Assembly (NCBI GenBank): GCA_951812995.1
Contig: CATOTD010000003.1
Coordinates: forward strand, 331,288 to 395,287
Direction of reading: 5' to 3'
DNA: 64,000 nt
Source of the DNA: an uncultured Gammaproteobacteria bacterium
GTDB taxonomy: Bacteria; Pseudomonadota; Gammaproteobacteria; Eutrophobiales; Eutrophobiaceae
Shown: one piece after another, positions 30,291-40,100 of the stretch
How positions within the stretch are numbered: position 1 is the first letter of the stretch
Layout: the number at the start of each line of letters is the position of its first letter
Translations under genes and position numbers: made by a program
Notes under the pieces: generated by a model
Databases searched by the model: none
Told to the model about the DNA's origin: nothing
The model's input: only the letters and a program-made list of their open reading frames with translations

Positions 30291-30593
30291 TTAAACCATC
30301 TTTTCTTGTCTTTCGTTTGCACGCAACGACAATAAAAAGGTTTTTATCGGTTTTTTATCTTTGTTGAATACTGCAATATCAAGCGGATACTCTTTTTTGG
30401 TATCAGATGGCCTTACTTTTACACGCCACTGTGGTCGTGTTTGTAATTGTTCTTTGGGGTATCCGTAATCTTCGACAAGTGTTTCGGAAAAGACTTGTAC
30501 TGCTTCTACTTCTTCTGGCGTAGCTTTTACCTCTTCACCACTTATATAGTCTTTGATGTAACCTGCTCTCATTATCGTCCTGTATATCCGCAT
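30291..30593 (-). CDS. IS passenger ORF, HsdR-N/PD-(D/E)xK-like N-terminal domain, probably decayed
   Basis: 100-aa ORF conserved in all three IS copies. It reads ..EEVEAVQVFSETLVEDYGYPKEQL..YPLDIAVFNKD.. . An alternative frame at its 3' end reads NLFIVVACKRK..QL, resembling the (E)xK strand of HSDR_N domains. Confidence 0.45.
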   Translation of the reverse strand: MRIYRTIMRAGYIKDYISGEEVKATPEEVEAVQVFSETLVEDYGYPKEQLQTRPQWRVKVRPSDTKKEYPLDIAVFNKDKKPIKTFLLSLRANERQEKMV

Positions 30594-30612
30594 TCTATTT
30601 CCATTGCTTTGC

Positions 30613-31542
30613 TCATGCTAGCACCTCGCGATAGGTAATCCGTTTACCTATCGCGTTGCTTATAAGTGATTCTATACGTTGATTGGTTGGTAACTTACAT
30701 TGTCCGTTATTCAGTCTAAAAGTCACTTCGTTCACATAGCGATGTAAGTGTTTAGTGCTGGCATGATGCCATACCCCATACAGACCGCGTTTGAGTAAAG
30801 CCCAGACACTTTCAATGCTATTGGTATGAATGTTGTTTGAACCCACATATTCTCCCGCACTATGGGTTACCGTACCATGCTGATAAGCAGACTGTAAATG
30901 CTGATATGACCTGTGTTCATCTGTGTAAATGGTGGCCCCATATTCCACTGAACAGCCAATCTCTTTGTGCAGGGTCGGTATATCAGTTGATGGGATAGGC
31001 TTAGCCCTTGTGCGGCCACCGCGCTCACGCATTCCGACCACTACCTGCTTGCCAGCTACGCCACGGCCTGCGCGGACTTTCTTGTGTTTGTGTTTGTTAT
31101 GTTCCTTCCCACCGATATAGGTCTCATCAATCTCAACAATGCCAGAAAGTAAATTATCTGTATTATCGTTACAGGTTTCACGAATGCGGGCCTGCATAAA
31201 CCAGGCGGTCTTTTGAGTTACTCCGATTTGTTTAGATAACTGCAAGCTAGATATGCCCTTGCGCGAGGTGACAGTTAAGTAAATAGCATACAGCCATTTA
31301 TGTAGTGGTACATGAGAACGTTCAAAGATAGTGCCGGTTCTCACTGTAAACTCACTCTTGCAGTCCCGGCATAAGTAATATCCTGTCCGCTTTCCTTTGC
31401 GCGGGGTAATACGCTTAAATCCCCCACAATGAGGACAGGATATGTAATCTCCCCAGCGTTGTCCCTCAAAATACAATCTAGCGGCTTCAGCATCCGGAAA
31501 CTGGCGAAATAACTCAAATGTGGATATGGTATTGTCTTTCAT
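30613..31542 (-). CDS. IS1595-family transposase (ISXO2-like DDE domain with N-terminal zinc ribbon)
   Basis: 309 aa with a zinc ribbon (CPHCGGFKRITPRKGKRTGYYLCRDCKSEFTVRTGT) and DDE-region motifs (IVEIDETYIGGKEHNKH.., ..IYTDEHRSY.., ..HTNSIESVWALLKRG). Confidence 0.9.
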   Translation of the reverse strand: MKDNTISTFELFRQFPDAEAARLYFEGQRWGDYISCPHCGGFKRITPRKGKRTGYYLCRDCKSEFTVRTGTIFERSHVPLHKWLYAIYLTVTSRKGISSLQLSKQIGVTQKTAWFMQARIRETCNDNTDNLLSGIVEIDETYIGGKEHNKHKHKKVRAGRGVAGKQVVVGMRERGGRTRAKPIPSTDIPTLHKEIGCSVEYGATIYTDEHRSYQHLQSAYQHGTVTHSAGEYVGSNNIHTNSIESVWALLKRGLYGVWHHASTKHLHRYVNEVTFRLNNGQCKLPTNQRIESLISNAIGKRITYREVLA

Positions 31543-31868
31543 TGATGACCCTCCGTTTTATTGCATTTTTATGTTAGATTATATGGGTTATCTATTGGAG
31601 TAAAATATATAATTCCCATATAAAACTATCTTAATAGATAAAAATTCTGCTATGCAACCACCCTCCAAATAAGCAGGCATTGATTGGAATGTGGTACGTT
31701 CTCGTGAAGACTTACAAGGATAAGGCGATTTTGGGCAAGGGCTATTGGCCAAACATGTGCCATGGCAATTGACGGGGCGCGCAAGCAATGGGTGGGTATG
31801 GATTAAGCTAAAGACCGATTGGCTAAGTGACTAAGTTTGGGTATCCTGTAATTAAATTAATCTGCTTT

Positions 31869-31908
31869 CAAAAATAAAAACGCCCCGAATGCGAAGCAAT
31901 GCGAGGCG
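31869..31908 (-). terminator. Rho-independent terminator of the tracrRNA
   Basis: On the minus strand, the stem CGCCUCG..CGGGGCG (31881-31908) is followed by UUUUUAUUUUU (31869-31880). Confidence 0.6.
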
Positions 31909-31999
31909 TTTAGGTTTAACCTTAAAAGGTTAAAAATCCTGCGAAACATTTGTTTCTTATTATGAATAAATGTTGGACAGGCTTCAGTCAGTTATAATT
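31869..31999 (-). ncRNA. tracrRNA of the type II-C system
   Basis: The minus-strand RNA begins AUUAUAACUGACUGAAGCCUG, 21 nt perfectly complementary to repeat positions 16-36 in crRNA sense. UCC, a 4-nt bulge (AACA) and UUUAUUC extend the pairing to repeat positions 6-15. Two hairpins follow (GAAAC-AAAU-GUUUC and UUAACCUU/AAGGUUAA), then a terminator. The ends are approximate. Confidence 0.75.
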
Positions 32000-32010
32000 T
32001 ATCGCCACCT

Positions 32011-32038
32011 AGCTTAATAAAAAATAAACTATTGTCAA
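32011..32038 (-). promoter_or_regulatory. candidate sigma70 promoter for the tracrRNA
   Basis: The minus strand reads TTGACA (32033-32038), a 16-nt spacer, then TAAGCT (32011-32016). This would place the start a few nt upstream of the anti-repeat. Confidence 0.3.
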
Positions 32039-32101
32039 TAGCCAGCTTAGAAAATTCAAATATTTTTGCTAATAGGTATTCAGCGTTATATATTTAGGAC
32101 T

Positions 32102-35100
32102 ATGACTAAACAAAAACTATCTTATATTCTCGGATTGGACATAGGGGCTAATTCTATCGGTTGGGCAGTTGTAGACTGTGAAAAAGAAGAAGGAGAACAT
32201 CATCAGGGAATATATGCCGGATACAAGCCCACTCGCTTGCGTGCACTGAATTCCCGCATCTTTGAGGATATGCTAGATGCAAAGACCAAAGTGCCCAAAA
32301 ACCAAAAACGCCGGTCGGCAAGAGGGGCACGCAATCGCCGTAGTTATTATAAAAAACGCCGCAAAGAACTTATAAAAACACTCAAAGCAGCAGGGTTTTT
32401 GCCCAAGAGCTACAAGCGGCAAACCTCAGAAAGCATACTCAACGAGATAGATAGAACATTTGCCGAACGCAAACTTGGCAAACCTTGGTCTAAAGACTGG
32501 ACAGCAGCCGACAAGACGTACCGCTCTGCTTATGCCATGCGTAACTTTGCATTAGAAGAAAAACTTGAGCCTTTTGAATTGGGACGGTTGCTACTCCAGT
32601 TGCAACGCCGCAGAGGTTATTTCAGCAATCGGGGCGCAAAATACATTGAACTCATTAGACATCTTTCTCTGGAGGCACTGGAAGATGACGAAAAATCTAT
32701 GAGTGCTGAGGAAAAGAAAGAAAGCGGCCCGGTACTTGCCGCCATTAGTGAGCTGGACAAGCAACTAGATGGGCGCACACTCGGGCAGTTTATCTGGCAA
32801 GAAGCGAAAGAAAAACAAATACCACCGCAACGTATTACTTTATTTGAGTTTGAGAAAACCCAAATACGCAAAGAAGAAAAAATCATTGAGTCATTACAAT
32901 TCCGTGCTCAGCGTGAAATGTATGAACAAGAATTTGATGCCATCTTAAATAAGCAAAATTCATTTCATGATATGGACAATGAAACCATTAAGGCAATCAA
33001 AAAAGCCATTTTCCATCAACGCCCTTTGCAGTTGCAAAAGGGTAAGGTGGGCAACTGCAACATTTACCCACGAAAAAAGCGGGCGGCCTTAATGCGGTTA
33101 GAGATGCAGGAATGTCGCATTTGGCAAATGATAAATAATATAAAAATCGGCAAACAACCACTGAGCGAAGAACAACGTCAAACACTTTTTACATTGGCCA
33201 ATGACCCTGACAAACTGAATAAATCAGGACGCATTGCGTGGAAAGAAATTACCAAAGCGTTAGGTGTGAAGCAACACAACTACAGTAGAGGCGATGATGG
33301 TGAAGGAAAAACGGGACTGATTGGCAATAGAACCGCTCAGGCTATCAGTGCCTGTATTGGTAAAGACCAGTGGCGGGCATTGAGCCCGAAAGATAAAATC
33401 GCATTGGTAGAAGACCTGCTTTCTATACACAACAAGCGGGCTTTATATAAGCGATTGGTAGGGTACTGGGGGTTTGCTCGTTATGAGAGCGGCGATGACC
33501 CTGCAAAAGGTGCCTTGGGACTGGTGATGAACGAGCAATTAGAAGATGGCTATGGCAAACATAGCCTGAAAGCTATCAATGCCTTGTTGGAGCATCTGCG
33601 AGAAGGTAAAGATTACTATGCGGCAGTGAAGGAGATAGGTGCGCTTGAGAGTATCGCCAAGCCTATCAGGGAGGTAGCAGAGGATTATGTGTTGTCTGTG
33701 GATAGTGTCCCGGAAATTGCTAACCCAACCGTGCAAAAGGCACTGTATGAAATACGGCGCGTGGTCAATGCTATAGTGAAATTGTATGGTAAGCCTGCCA
33801 TTATCCGCCTGGAGATGGCACGTGATATGAAATCTTCTAAAAAACACCGCCGTGAAATTGAAAGCCAGCAAAAACAAAACAGAAAAAACAATGAAGAGGC
33901 AGAAAAGGAAATCCTGAAACACTTCAAGAGCAAAGATTCCAACATTACCTTGGAGATATTAAGAAACAAAGCGGCTAGTCGTGTCCAGATAGAAGACCGC
34001 AACAAGTATAAAATGTGGCGTGAACAAGGATGTAGATGCCCTTATTGTGGAGAAGGTATCAGTATTGGCGATCTATTTTCAGGGGAAGCAGAAATTGAGC
34101 ATATCCTGCCCTATACAGGTTTTAGACAAAGTTATATGAATACAGTGGTCAGTTGTCGAAACTGCAATCAGACTAAGGCAAAGCGCACACCTTATGAGGC
34201 CTGGGGGCATACTGAAAGATGGTCTCACATAGAGAAATTTGCCAAAGCAAAGTATGCCAAAAACAAAGGGCTATATCCCAAACAACGCAACATCCTCAAA
34301 AAAGAACACAATCCTGAAGATGAAGAGGCCTTTGTTGAGCGTCAGCTCAATGATACGCGCTATATTGCAACCGCATCCAAGAAAATGTTGGACAATTATG
34401 GCGTGCCAGTTGATGTGAATAACGGCATGGCAACTGGTGAATTACGCAGGCTGTTTGGGTTAAACACTGTCTTACCGAGAGAACCTGATACGGGCGCGTA
34501 TGAAAAGACTGATGAAAAAATTGATACCGAGACAGGCGAGATATTGCAATACAGCGCGAAAAAGGTAGAAAAAATTAAATCCCGGCAAGATCATCGACAC
34601 CATGCAGTAGATGCCTTTGTCATCGCCATGACCGACCGCGCCATGCTAAAGGCGATGATTGAAGTACACAAACAACAACAAGACACCGACCCATCACATA
34701 AAGAAACCAAAGAAGACTGGATTAAGAGAAAGCGTTTAGTATTACCTGAAAATTGGCAAGATGACGACAACCTACATGATCTACTAAAAAGCCGACTGGA
34801 CGATACTGTCGTATCACACATGACCAAGCGCAAAGTATGGGGTGCGTTACATGAAGAGACGCTCTATAGAAAATCACATTTTAAGCAAAGTCTGAAGCTG
34901 GATACTAAATCAGGTACTTTGAAAAAAGTACAGAAAATTGCCCAAGTTGAGGCTGGCGGTAATACACCGTGGATTGCCAATGAGCCGTTGCGTGCCAATT
35001 TGCTGGAATGGGCAACCAACATGCAGGAACTAACACTTGCCAAACGTAGCTTACCAAATTGGAATGGAAACAAGCTGTATGAGTTTGCCTATCAAACACC

Positions 35101-35851
35101 TTGCGTGAGCAATAGAAAAAGCCTCGTTGACTGGGCGAATGGACTATCAAAACTCAATGCAGATTGGCAGCCTGGCACTGGTACCTGGATTGCTGAAAAA
35201 TCTATTCATGATGTTCTTTTTCGTTGGCTAAAAAAGCATAACTTGCTTGGTAAAGAAGCTAATGCGATAAAGAAGAAACTGGATAGTGATCCCCCTTATA
35301 TACGTAATAAAAAAGGACATTCTATTATTATCAAGCGTGTAAGCCTTGCTGATCGCCTGACGGATTCTTATGTCAAAATGGGCAATTCCTATGTAACCCC
35401 CGGCAGCAATCATCATTTTGTGCTATTCCATAATGGCAAGGAAGGCGAGGAAAAGCAAAGACGGATTCGTATGGAAACCATGCTGGATACAGCAAAGCGC
35501 GCCAGTGCTGGCCAACCCATTGTCGTCAAAGAGCCATCGTCAGAGTGGGAAGGAGAGTGGCACTATGAGTTGCATCTATGTGTTAATGACATAGTGCGTT
35601 GCGAGGATATGAGTATCTTTGACGATAATGAAAAGTTTGCGCCTGAACATAAAAAAACCCCGTATTTTAGAGTGCAGACAATGAATAGTGAAAGTGATAA
35701 AAAAATTGACCTCCGCCTACGCCACCATAGTATTTCCGGTACTGATTCCAACTGGGGGCTATGGCGTATCCAGTCACTTAACAACATCGAACTCACAAAA
35801 GTGCAATTAGGCAATTTAGGCTTGTTGCCAGATGGTTTGATACACGAATAA
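32102..35851 (+). CDS. cas9: Cas9, type II-C (1249 aa from ATG 32102; ORF open from 32066)
   Basis: RuvC-I (YILGLDIGANSIGWAVV), an Arg-rich bridge helix (RRSARGARNRRSYYKKRRK), HNH (EIEHILPYTGFRQSYMNTVVSCRNCNQTKAKRTPYE) and RuvC-III (DHRHHAVDAFVIA). AGGA lies 3 nt (32100-32101) upstream of ATG 32102. Confidence 0.93.
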   Translation: MTKQKLSYILGLDIGANSIGWAVVDCEKEEGEHHQGIYAGYKPTRLRALNSRIFEDMLDAKTKVPKNQKRRSARGARNRRSYYKKRRKELIKTLKAAGFLPKSYKRQTSESILNEIDRTFAERKLGKPWSKDWTAADKTYRSAYAMRNFALEEKLEPFELGRLLLQLQRRRGYFSNRGAKYIELIRHLSLEALEDDEKSMSAEEKKESGPVLAAISELDKQLDGRTLGQFIWQEAKEKQIPPQRITLFEFEKTQIRKEEKIIESLQFRAQREMYEQEFDAILNKQNSFHDMDNETIKAIKKAIFHQRPLQLQKGKVGNCNIYPRKKRAALMRLEMQECRIWQMINNIKIGKQPLSEEQRQTLFTLANDPDKLNKSGRIAWKEITKALGVKQHNYSRGDDGEGKTGLIGNRTAQAISACIGKDQWRALSPKDKIALVEDLLSIHNKRALYKRLVGYWGFARYESGDDPAKGALGLVMNEQLEDGYGKHSLKAINALLEHLREGKDYYAAVKEIGALESIAKPIREVAEDYVLSVDSVPEIANPTVQKALYEIRRVVNAIVKLYGKPAIIRLEMARDMKSSKKHRREIESQQKQNRKNNEEAEKEILKHFKSKDSNITLEILRNKAASRVQIEDRNKYKMWREQGCRCPYCGEGISIGDLFSGEAEIEHILPYTGFRQSYMNTVVSCRNCNQTKAKRTPYEAWGHTERWSHIEKFAKAKYAKNKGLYPKQRNILKKEHNPEDEEAFVERQLNDTRYIATASKKMLDNYGVPVDVNNGMATGELRRLFGLNTVLPREPDTGAYEKTDEKIDTETGEILQYSAKKVEKIKSRQDHRHHAVDAFVIAMTDRAMLKAMIEVHKQQQDTDPSHKETKEDWIKRKRLVLPENWQDDDNLHDLLKSRLDDTVVSHMTKRKVWGALHEETLYRKSHFKQSLKLDTKSGTLKKVQKIAQVEAGGNTPWIANEPLRANLLEWATNMQELTLAKRSLPNWNGNKLYEFAYQTPCVSNRKSLVDWANGLSKLNADWQPGTGTWIAEKSIHDVLFRWLKKHNLLGKEANAIKKKLDSDPPYIRNKKGHSIIIKRVSLADRLTDSYVKMGNSYVTPGSNHHFVLFHNGKEGEEKQRRIRMETMLDTAKRASAGQPIVVKEPSSEWEGEWHYELHLCVNDIVRCEDMSIFDDNEKFAPEHKKTPYFRVQTMNSESDKKIDLRLRHHSISGTDSNWGLWRIQSLNNIELTKVQLGNLGLLPDGLIHE

Positions 35852-35888
35852 TTCCCTATGCTAAATTCATTGTGTGGGCTAACAGGCA

Positions 35889-36797
35889 ATGATAAAACGC
35901 ACCATTGAGGTCAGCAGTTCCGCATATCTTCACCTGAGGGACAGACAGATGGTTGTATGCAGAAAAGAAGAGAAGGACGAGAGGGTGCCTGTGGAAGATA
36001 TGGGGATTCTGATCCTTGCCAATCCGTCAATAACCATCTCGCAAAACCTCATAGCCGCCTGTCAGGAAAACAACTGCATCATCGTTTTCTGCGACAAAAG
36101 GCATTTGCCTGTCTCAATCCTGTTGCCGCTTTCTGGGCATTCAATTCACAGCAGGGTGCTCAACATGCAGACCAGCGTTAAAAAGCCGCTGAAAAAAAGG
36201 CTCTGGCAAAAGATAATCATGGCAAAAATAGTAGCACAGGCAACAACGCTTGCATTTTTCAAAAAAGACCCAGCTTCGCTTTCGCAAATGAAAAAACGGG
36301 TTCAAAGCGGCGATGCGGGCAATCTGGAATCGCAAGCGGCAAGAATTTACTGGAAGAGTCTTTTCGGCAAAGAATTTATCAGAGATTATGAGCAAGAAGG
36401 CGAAAACATCTTGCTCAATTACGGATACAGCATTGTCAGAGCGTCAGTCGCAAGAGCACTGTGTGGCACAGGGCTTCATCCCGCACTGGGAATTCATCAT
36501 CACAATCAATACAACCCGCTTTGTCTTGCAGACGACCTGATGGAACCGCTACGTCCACTTGTTGACAGGCGGGTTTATGAGATGAAACAAGCGGGCAGAG
36601 TCGCCCTTAGCAAAGAAACAAAGCAATCGCTGCTGTCTGTCTTGTCTGAGGATGTGCTTTTTAATGATAAAAAACTGCCGATGAATGTTGCGGTGCAACT
36701 TTATGCGGCCAGCCTTAAAAAGGCATTTTCCGATGGCGTTGATGCTTTGAAAATTCCAACGCTGACTGATATAAGACAACTGCAAATTGAAATTTAG
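35889..36797 (+). CDS. cas1: Cas1 integrase
   Basis: 302 aa with a type II Cas1-like sequence (..NLESQAARIYW.., ..LNYGYSIVRASVARAL.., ..GIHHHNQYNPLCLADDLMEPLRPLVD). Confidence 0.9.
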   Translation: MIKRTIEVSSSAYLHLRDRQMVVCRKEEKDERVPVEDMGILILANPSITISQNLIAACQENNCIIVFCDKRHLPVSILLPLSGHSIHSRVLNMQTSVKKPLKKRLWQKIIMAKIVAQATTLAFFKKDPASLSQMKKRVQSGDAGNLESQAARIYWKSLFGKEFIRDYEQEGENILLNYGYSIVRASVARALCGTGLHPALGIHHHNQYNPLCLADDLMEPLRPLVDRRVYEMKQAGRVALSKETKQSLLSVLSEDVLFNDKKLPMNVAVQLYAASLKKAFSDGVDALKIPTLTDIRQLQIEI

Positions 36798-36801
36798 GAC
36801 A

Positions 36802-37131
36802 ATGGTTTTCGGAGGGTACAGAACTTTGTGGATAGTCGTGATGTTTGACTTGCCAACCGATACCAAGCGGGCCAGGCGGGCTTATACCAATTTTAGAAAA
36901 CTACTCATTCAAGACGGGTTTATCATGATGCAGTTTTCGGTTTATGCCAGGCATTGTGCCAGCGATGAAAATGCAACGGTGCATACGGGGCGGATCCAGG
37001 TTGGACTGCCGCCAGATGGGGAGGTTAGAATTATCACAATCACTGATAAACAGTTTGGCAAAATGCAGGTTTTTTATGGGAAAAAACGCAAAATACCAGA
37101 GCGAGCCCCTCAACAGGTTACGCTTTTTTAA
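36802..37131 (+). CDS. cas2: Cas2
   Basis: 109 aa from ATG 36802 (ORF open from 36787). Cas2-like sequence: ..WIVVMFDLPTDTKRARRAYTNFRKLLIQDGFIMMQFSVYARH.. . It follows cas1 directly and precedes the array. Confidence 0.85.
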   Translation: MVFGGYRTLWIVVMFDLPTDTKRARRAYTNFRKLLIQDGFIMMQFSVYARHCASDENATVHTGRIQVGLPPDGEVRIITITDKQFGKMQVFYGKKRKIPERAPQQVTLF

Positions 37132-37141
37132 CCTGTTGAGG
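37108..37141. other. perfect 12-bp inverted repeat (hairpin) spanning the cas2 stop at the cas/array boundary
   Basis: CCTCAACAGGTT (37108-37119) pairs with AACCTGTTGAGG (37130-37141) around a 10-nt loop. No flanking U-tract exists on either strand. Confidence 0.3.
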
Positions 37142-37181
37142 GAGCTAAAACCCTTATACAGCAAGGCAATAGAGGCGACGT

Positions 37182-40100
37182 ATTATAACTGACTGAAGCC
37201 TGCCCTCTATTCACAACCGGCGCGGTGGTGCCCAAAGCCGATCTCGAATTATAACTGACTGAAGCCTGCCCTCTATTCACAACGTATCGCCGCAGTCAAC
37301 AAATCGATCTCTTATTATAACTGACTGAAGCCTGCCCTCTATTCACAACTCAGCCCGCCACTGCCCCGATGGATGATGATTATAACTGACTGAAGCCTGC
37401 CCTCTATTCACAACAGTTGCCGAGCGGCTGACGCACAGCCGCGGATTATAACTGACTGAAGCCTGCCCTCTATTCACAACCAGCGGGCAATAAAGCAATT
37501 TGCGAAACAGATTATAACTGACTGAAGCCTGCCCTCTATTCACAACGTTCAACCCCTTACTCACAACCAAGTTAGAATTATAACTGACTGAAGCCTGCCC
37601 TCTATTCACAACCAGAAGTAATCGAGTATGCAATCCTCAAGGATTATAACTGACTGAAGCCTGCCCTCTATTCACAACAATCTGCGTGCGGTGGTCGATG
37701 CGGCCCTGATTATAACTGACTGAAGCCTGCCCTCTATTCACAACCTCTCGAGAGAGAGAGAGAGGGTACAAGCGATTATAACTGACTGAAGCCTGCCCTC
37801 TATTCACAACTATAACATGACCCAACAATGGCAACGAATAATTATAACTGACTGAAGCCTGCCCTCTATTCACAACTATTCCAGCGCATGACCGCCGCGC
37901 TCGATAATTATAACTGACTGAAGCCTGCCCTCTATTCACAACACCATTACACATAGGTAGATAGCTAGTTTAATTATAACTGACTGAAGCCTGCCCTCTA
38001 TTCACAACAATAACAACTCTGCCACCTTTAACTTGAGATTATAACTGACTGAAGCCTGCCCTCTATTCACAACTCCTCCGAGATACTACTTTTAGCAAAA
38101 TAAATTATAACTGACTGAAGCCTGCCCTCTATTCACAACAGAAACAGTCAAAGGACCTTTAATTGTAAAATTATAACTGACTGAAGCCTGCCCTCTATTC
38201 ACAACAAAAAAGGGGAAGGATACAATTAGCTAAAATTATAACTGACTGAAGCCTGCCCTCTATTCACAACGCAATAGTGCCGCTTATGCACGGCTCGATT
38301 ATTATAACTGACTGAAGCCTGCCCTCTATTCACAACGCCAACCAGGACGACCCTCACCCCACGGCGATTATAACTGACTGAAGCCTGCCCTCTATTCACA
38401 ACCTACAAGGGTCTATCTTCTCGAACTGATTTATTATAACTGACTGAAGCCTGCCCTCTATTCACAACCATAACTTGCAATATGCCTTAATAGACCACAT
38501 TATAACTGACTGAAGCCTGCCCTCTATTCACAACCAAAAAGCCAAAAACGAATACACCGAGATAATTATAACTGACTGAAGCCTGCCCTCTATTCACAAC
38601 AGCGATGAACTACATTACAGCTACCATCGAATTATAACTGACTGAAGCCTGCCCTCTATTCACAACCAGAAAGCCAAAAACGAATACACCGAGATAATTA
38701 TAACTGACTGAAGCCTGCCCTCTATTCACAACTGCTGAAAAAGCGATCAGATGGTTCTCCAAATTATAACTGACTGAAGCCTGCCCTCTATTCACAACGC
38801 GATTATGCGATTGGATGTTGGCGTTTTATTATAACTGACTGAAGCCTGCCCTCTATTCACAACAGATGAAGCTCGAATAGGTATCTTATGTTCATTATAA
38901 CTGACTGAAGCCTGCCCTCTATTCACAACTTTCATGGCATAGTTGATAACTGCATCCTGATTATAACTGACTGAAGCCTGCCCTCTATTCACAACGCGCG
39001 AGATACTTGCAAAGACCGGCATCGAATTATAACTGACTGAAGCCTGCCCTCTATTCACAACGATGACAACTCTGCCACCTTTAACTTGAGCATTATAACT
39101 GACTGAAGCCTGCCCTCTATTCACAACACACAGGCTAACCTCGCAATGCCTCTCGCTATTATAACTGACTGAAGCCTGCCCTCTATTCACAACATTTCGG
39201 AGGAGAGGCCTTTGCCATGATTTATTATAACTGACTGAAGCCTGCCCTCTATTCACAACGATTACAACTCTGCCACCTTTAACTTGAGCATTATAACTGA
39301 CTGAAGCCTGCCCTCTATTCACAACCAAAAAGCCGAAAACGAATACACCGAGATAATTATAACTGACTGAAGCCTGCCCTCTATTCACAACGATTTAAGC
39401 AATGATATTGACTTGTTTAATATTATAACTGACTGAAGCCTGCCCTCTATTCACAACATGCACGGGCAACGAGAAAAACAACATCAAATTATAACTGACT
39501 GAAGCCTGCCCTCTATTCACAACAGAAACGGTCAAAGGCCCTTTAATTGTAAAATTATAACTGACTGAAGCCTGCCCTCTATTCACAACAGAAACGGTCA
39601 AAGGCCCTTTAATTGTAAAATTATAACTGACTGAAGCCTGCCCTCTATTCACAACCGCATAGCAGGCACAACGAAACTCGAACTCATTATAACTGACTGA
39701 AGCCTGCCCTCTATTCACAACTGGCAAAAACTTCAAGACAAAGGCAAAGAGATTATAACTGACTGAAGCCTGCCCTCTATTCACAACTGATAGCTAAACT
39801 GGTGATTTGCACCGAGGATTATAACTGACTGAAGCCTGCCCTCTATTCACAACCAGACGTTCAAACTGATGCGCTTGTTGCTGATTATAACTGACTGAAG
39901 CCTGCCCTCTATTCACAACACACCTTTGAAGTCTCCTGATGTTGTCAAGATTATAACTGACTGAAGCCTGCCCTCTATTCACAACCAATATCCAGTAGTG
40001 ACAAGATACAAGCTTATTATAACTGACTGAAGCCTGCCCTCTATTCACAACTAAAAAAGGGTAGACCTGTTCAACCCCTTAATTATAACTGACTGAAGCC

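Larger units (their letters stand above)
30161..31617 (-). mobile_element. IS1595-family insertion sequence, copy A (1457 bp) with 8-bp target duplication ATATAAAA
   Basis: The IRs are GGGAATTATATATTTGACTCC (30161-) and GGGAATTATATATTTTACTCC (reverse complement of -31617). Identical 8-mers flank it at 30153-30160 and 31618-31625. It inserted 9 bp after the hpnA stop. Confidence 0.9.

Noticed and set aside
31588-31788. 66-aa minus-strand ORF next to IS copy A.
   Set aside because: Its C-terminus (..GNYIFYSNR*) is encoded by the IS terminal repeat, the same tail seen on the DUF4184-like gene at copy B. The rest has no features. It is a read-through artefact.
32617-35889. Minus-strand ORFs of 62-127 aa inside cas9.
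   Set aside because: They are antisense shadow ORFs within a well-supported 1249-aa gene.
32066-37131. Classification as type II-A or II-B.
   Set aside because: No csn2 or cas4 ORF lies between cas2 and the array or upstream of cas9. The gene set is cas9-cas1-cas2 only, and the repeat and tracrRNA arrangement is II-C-like.
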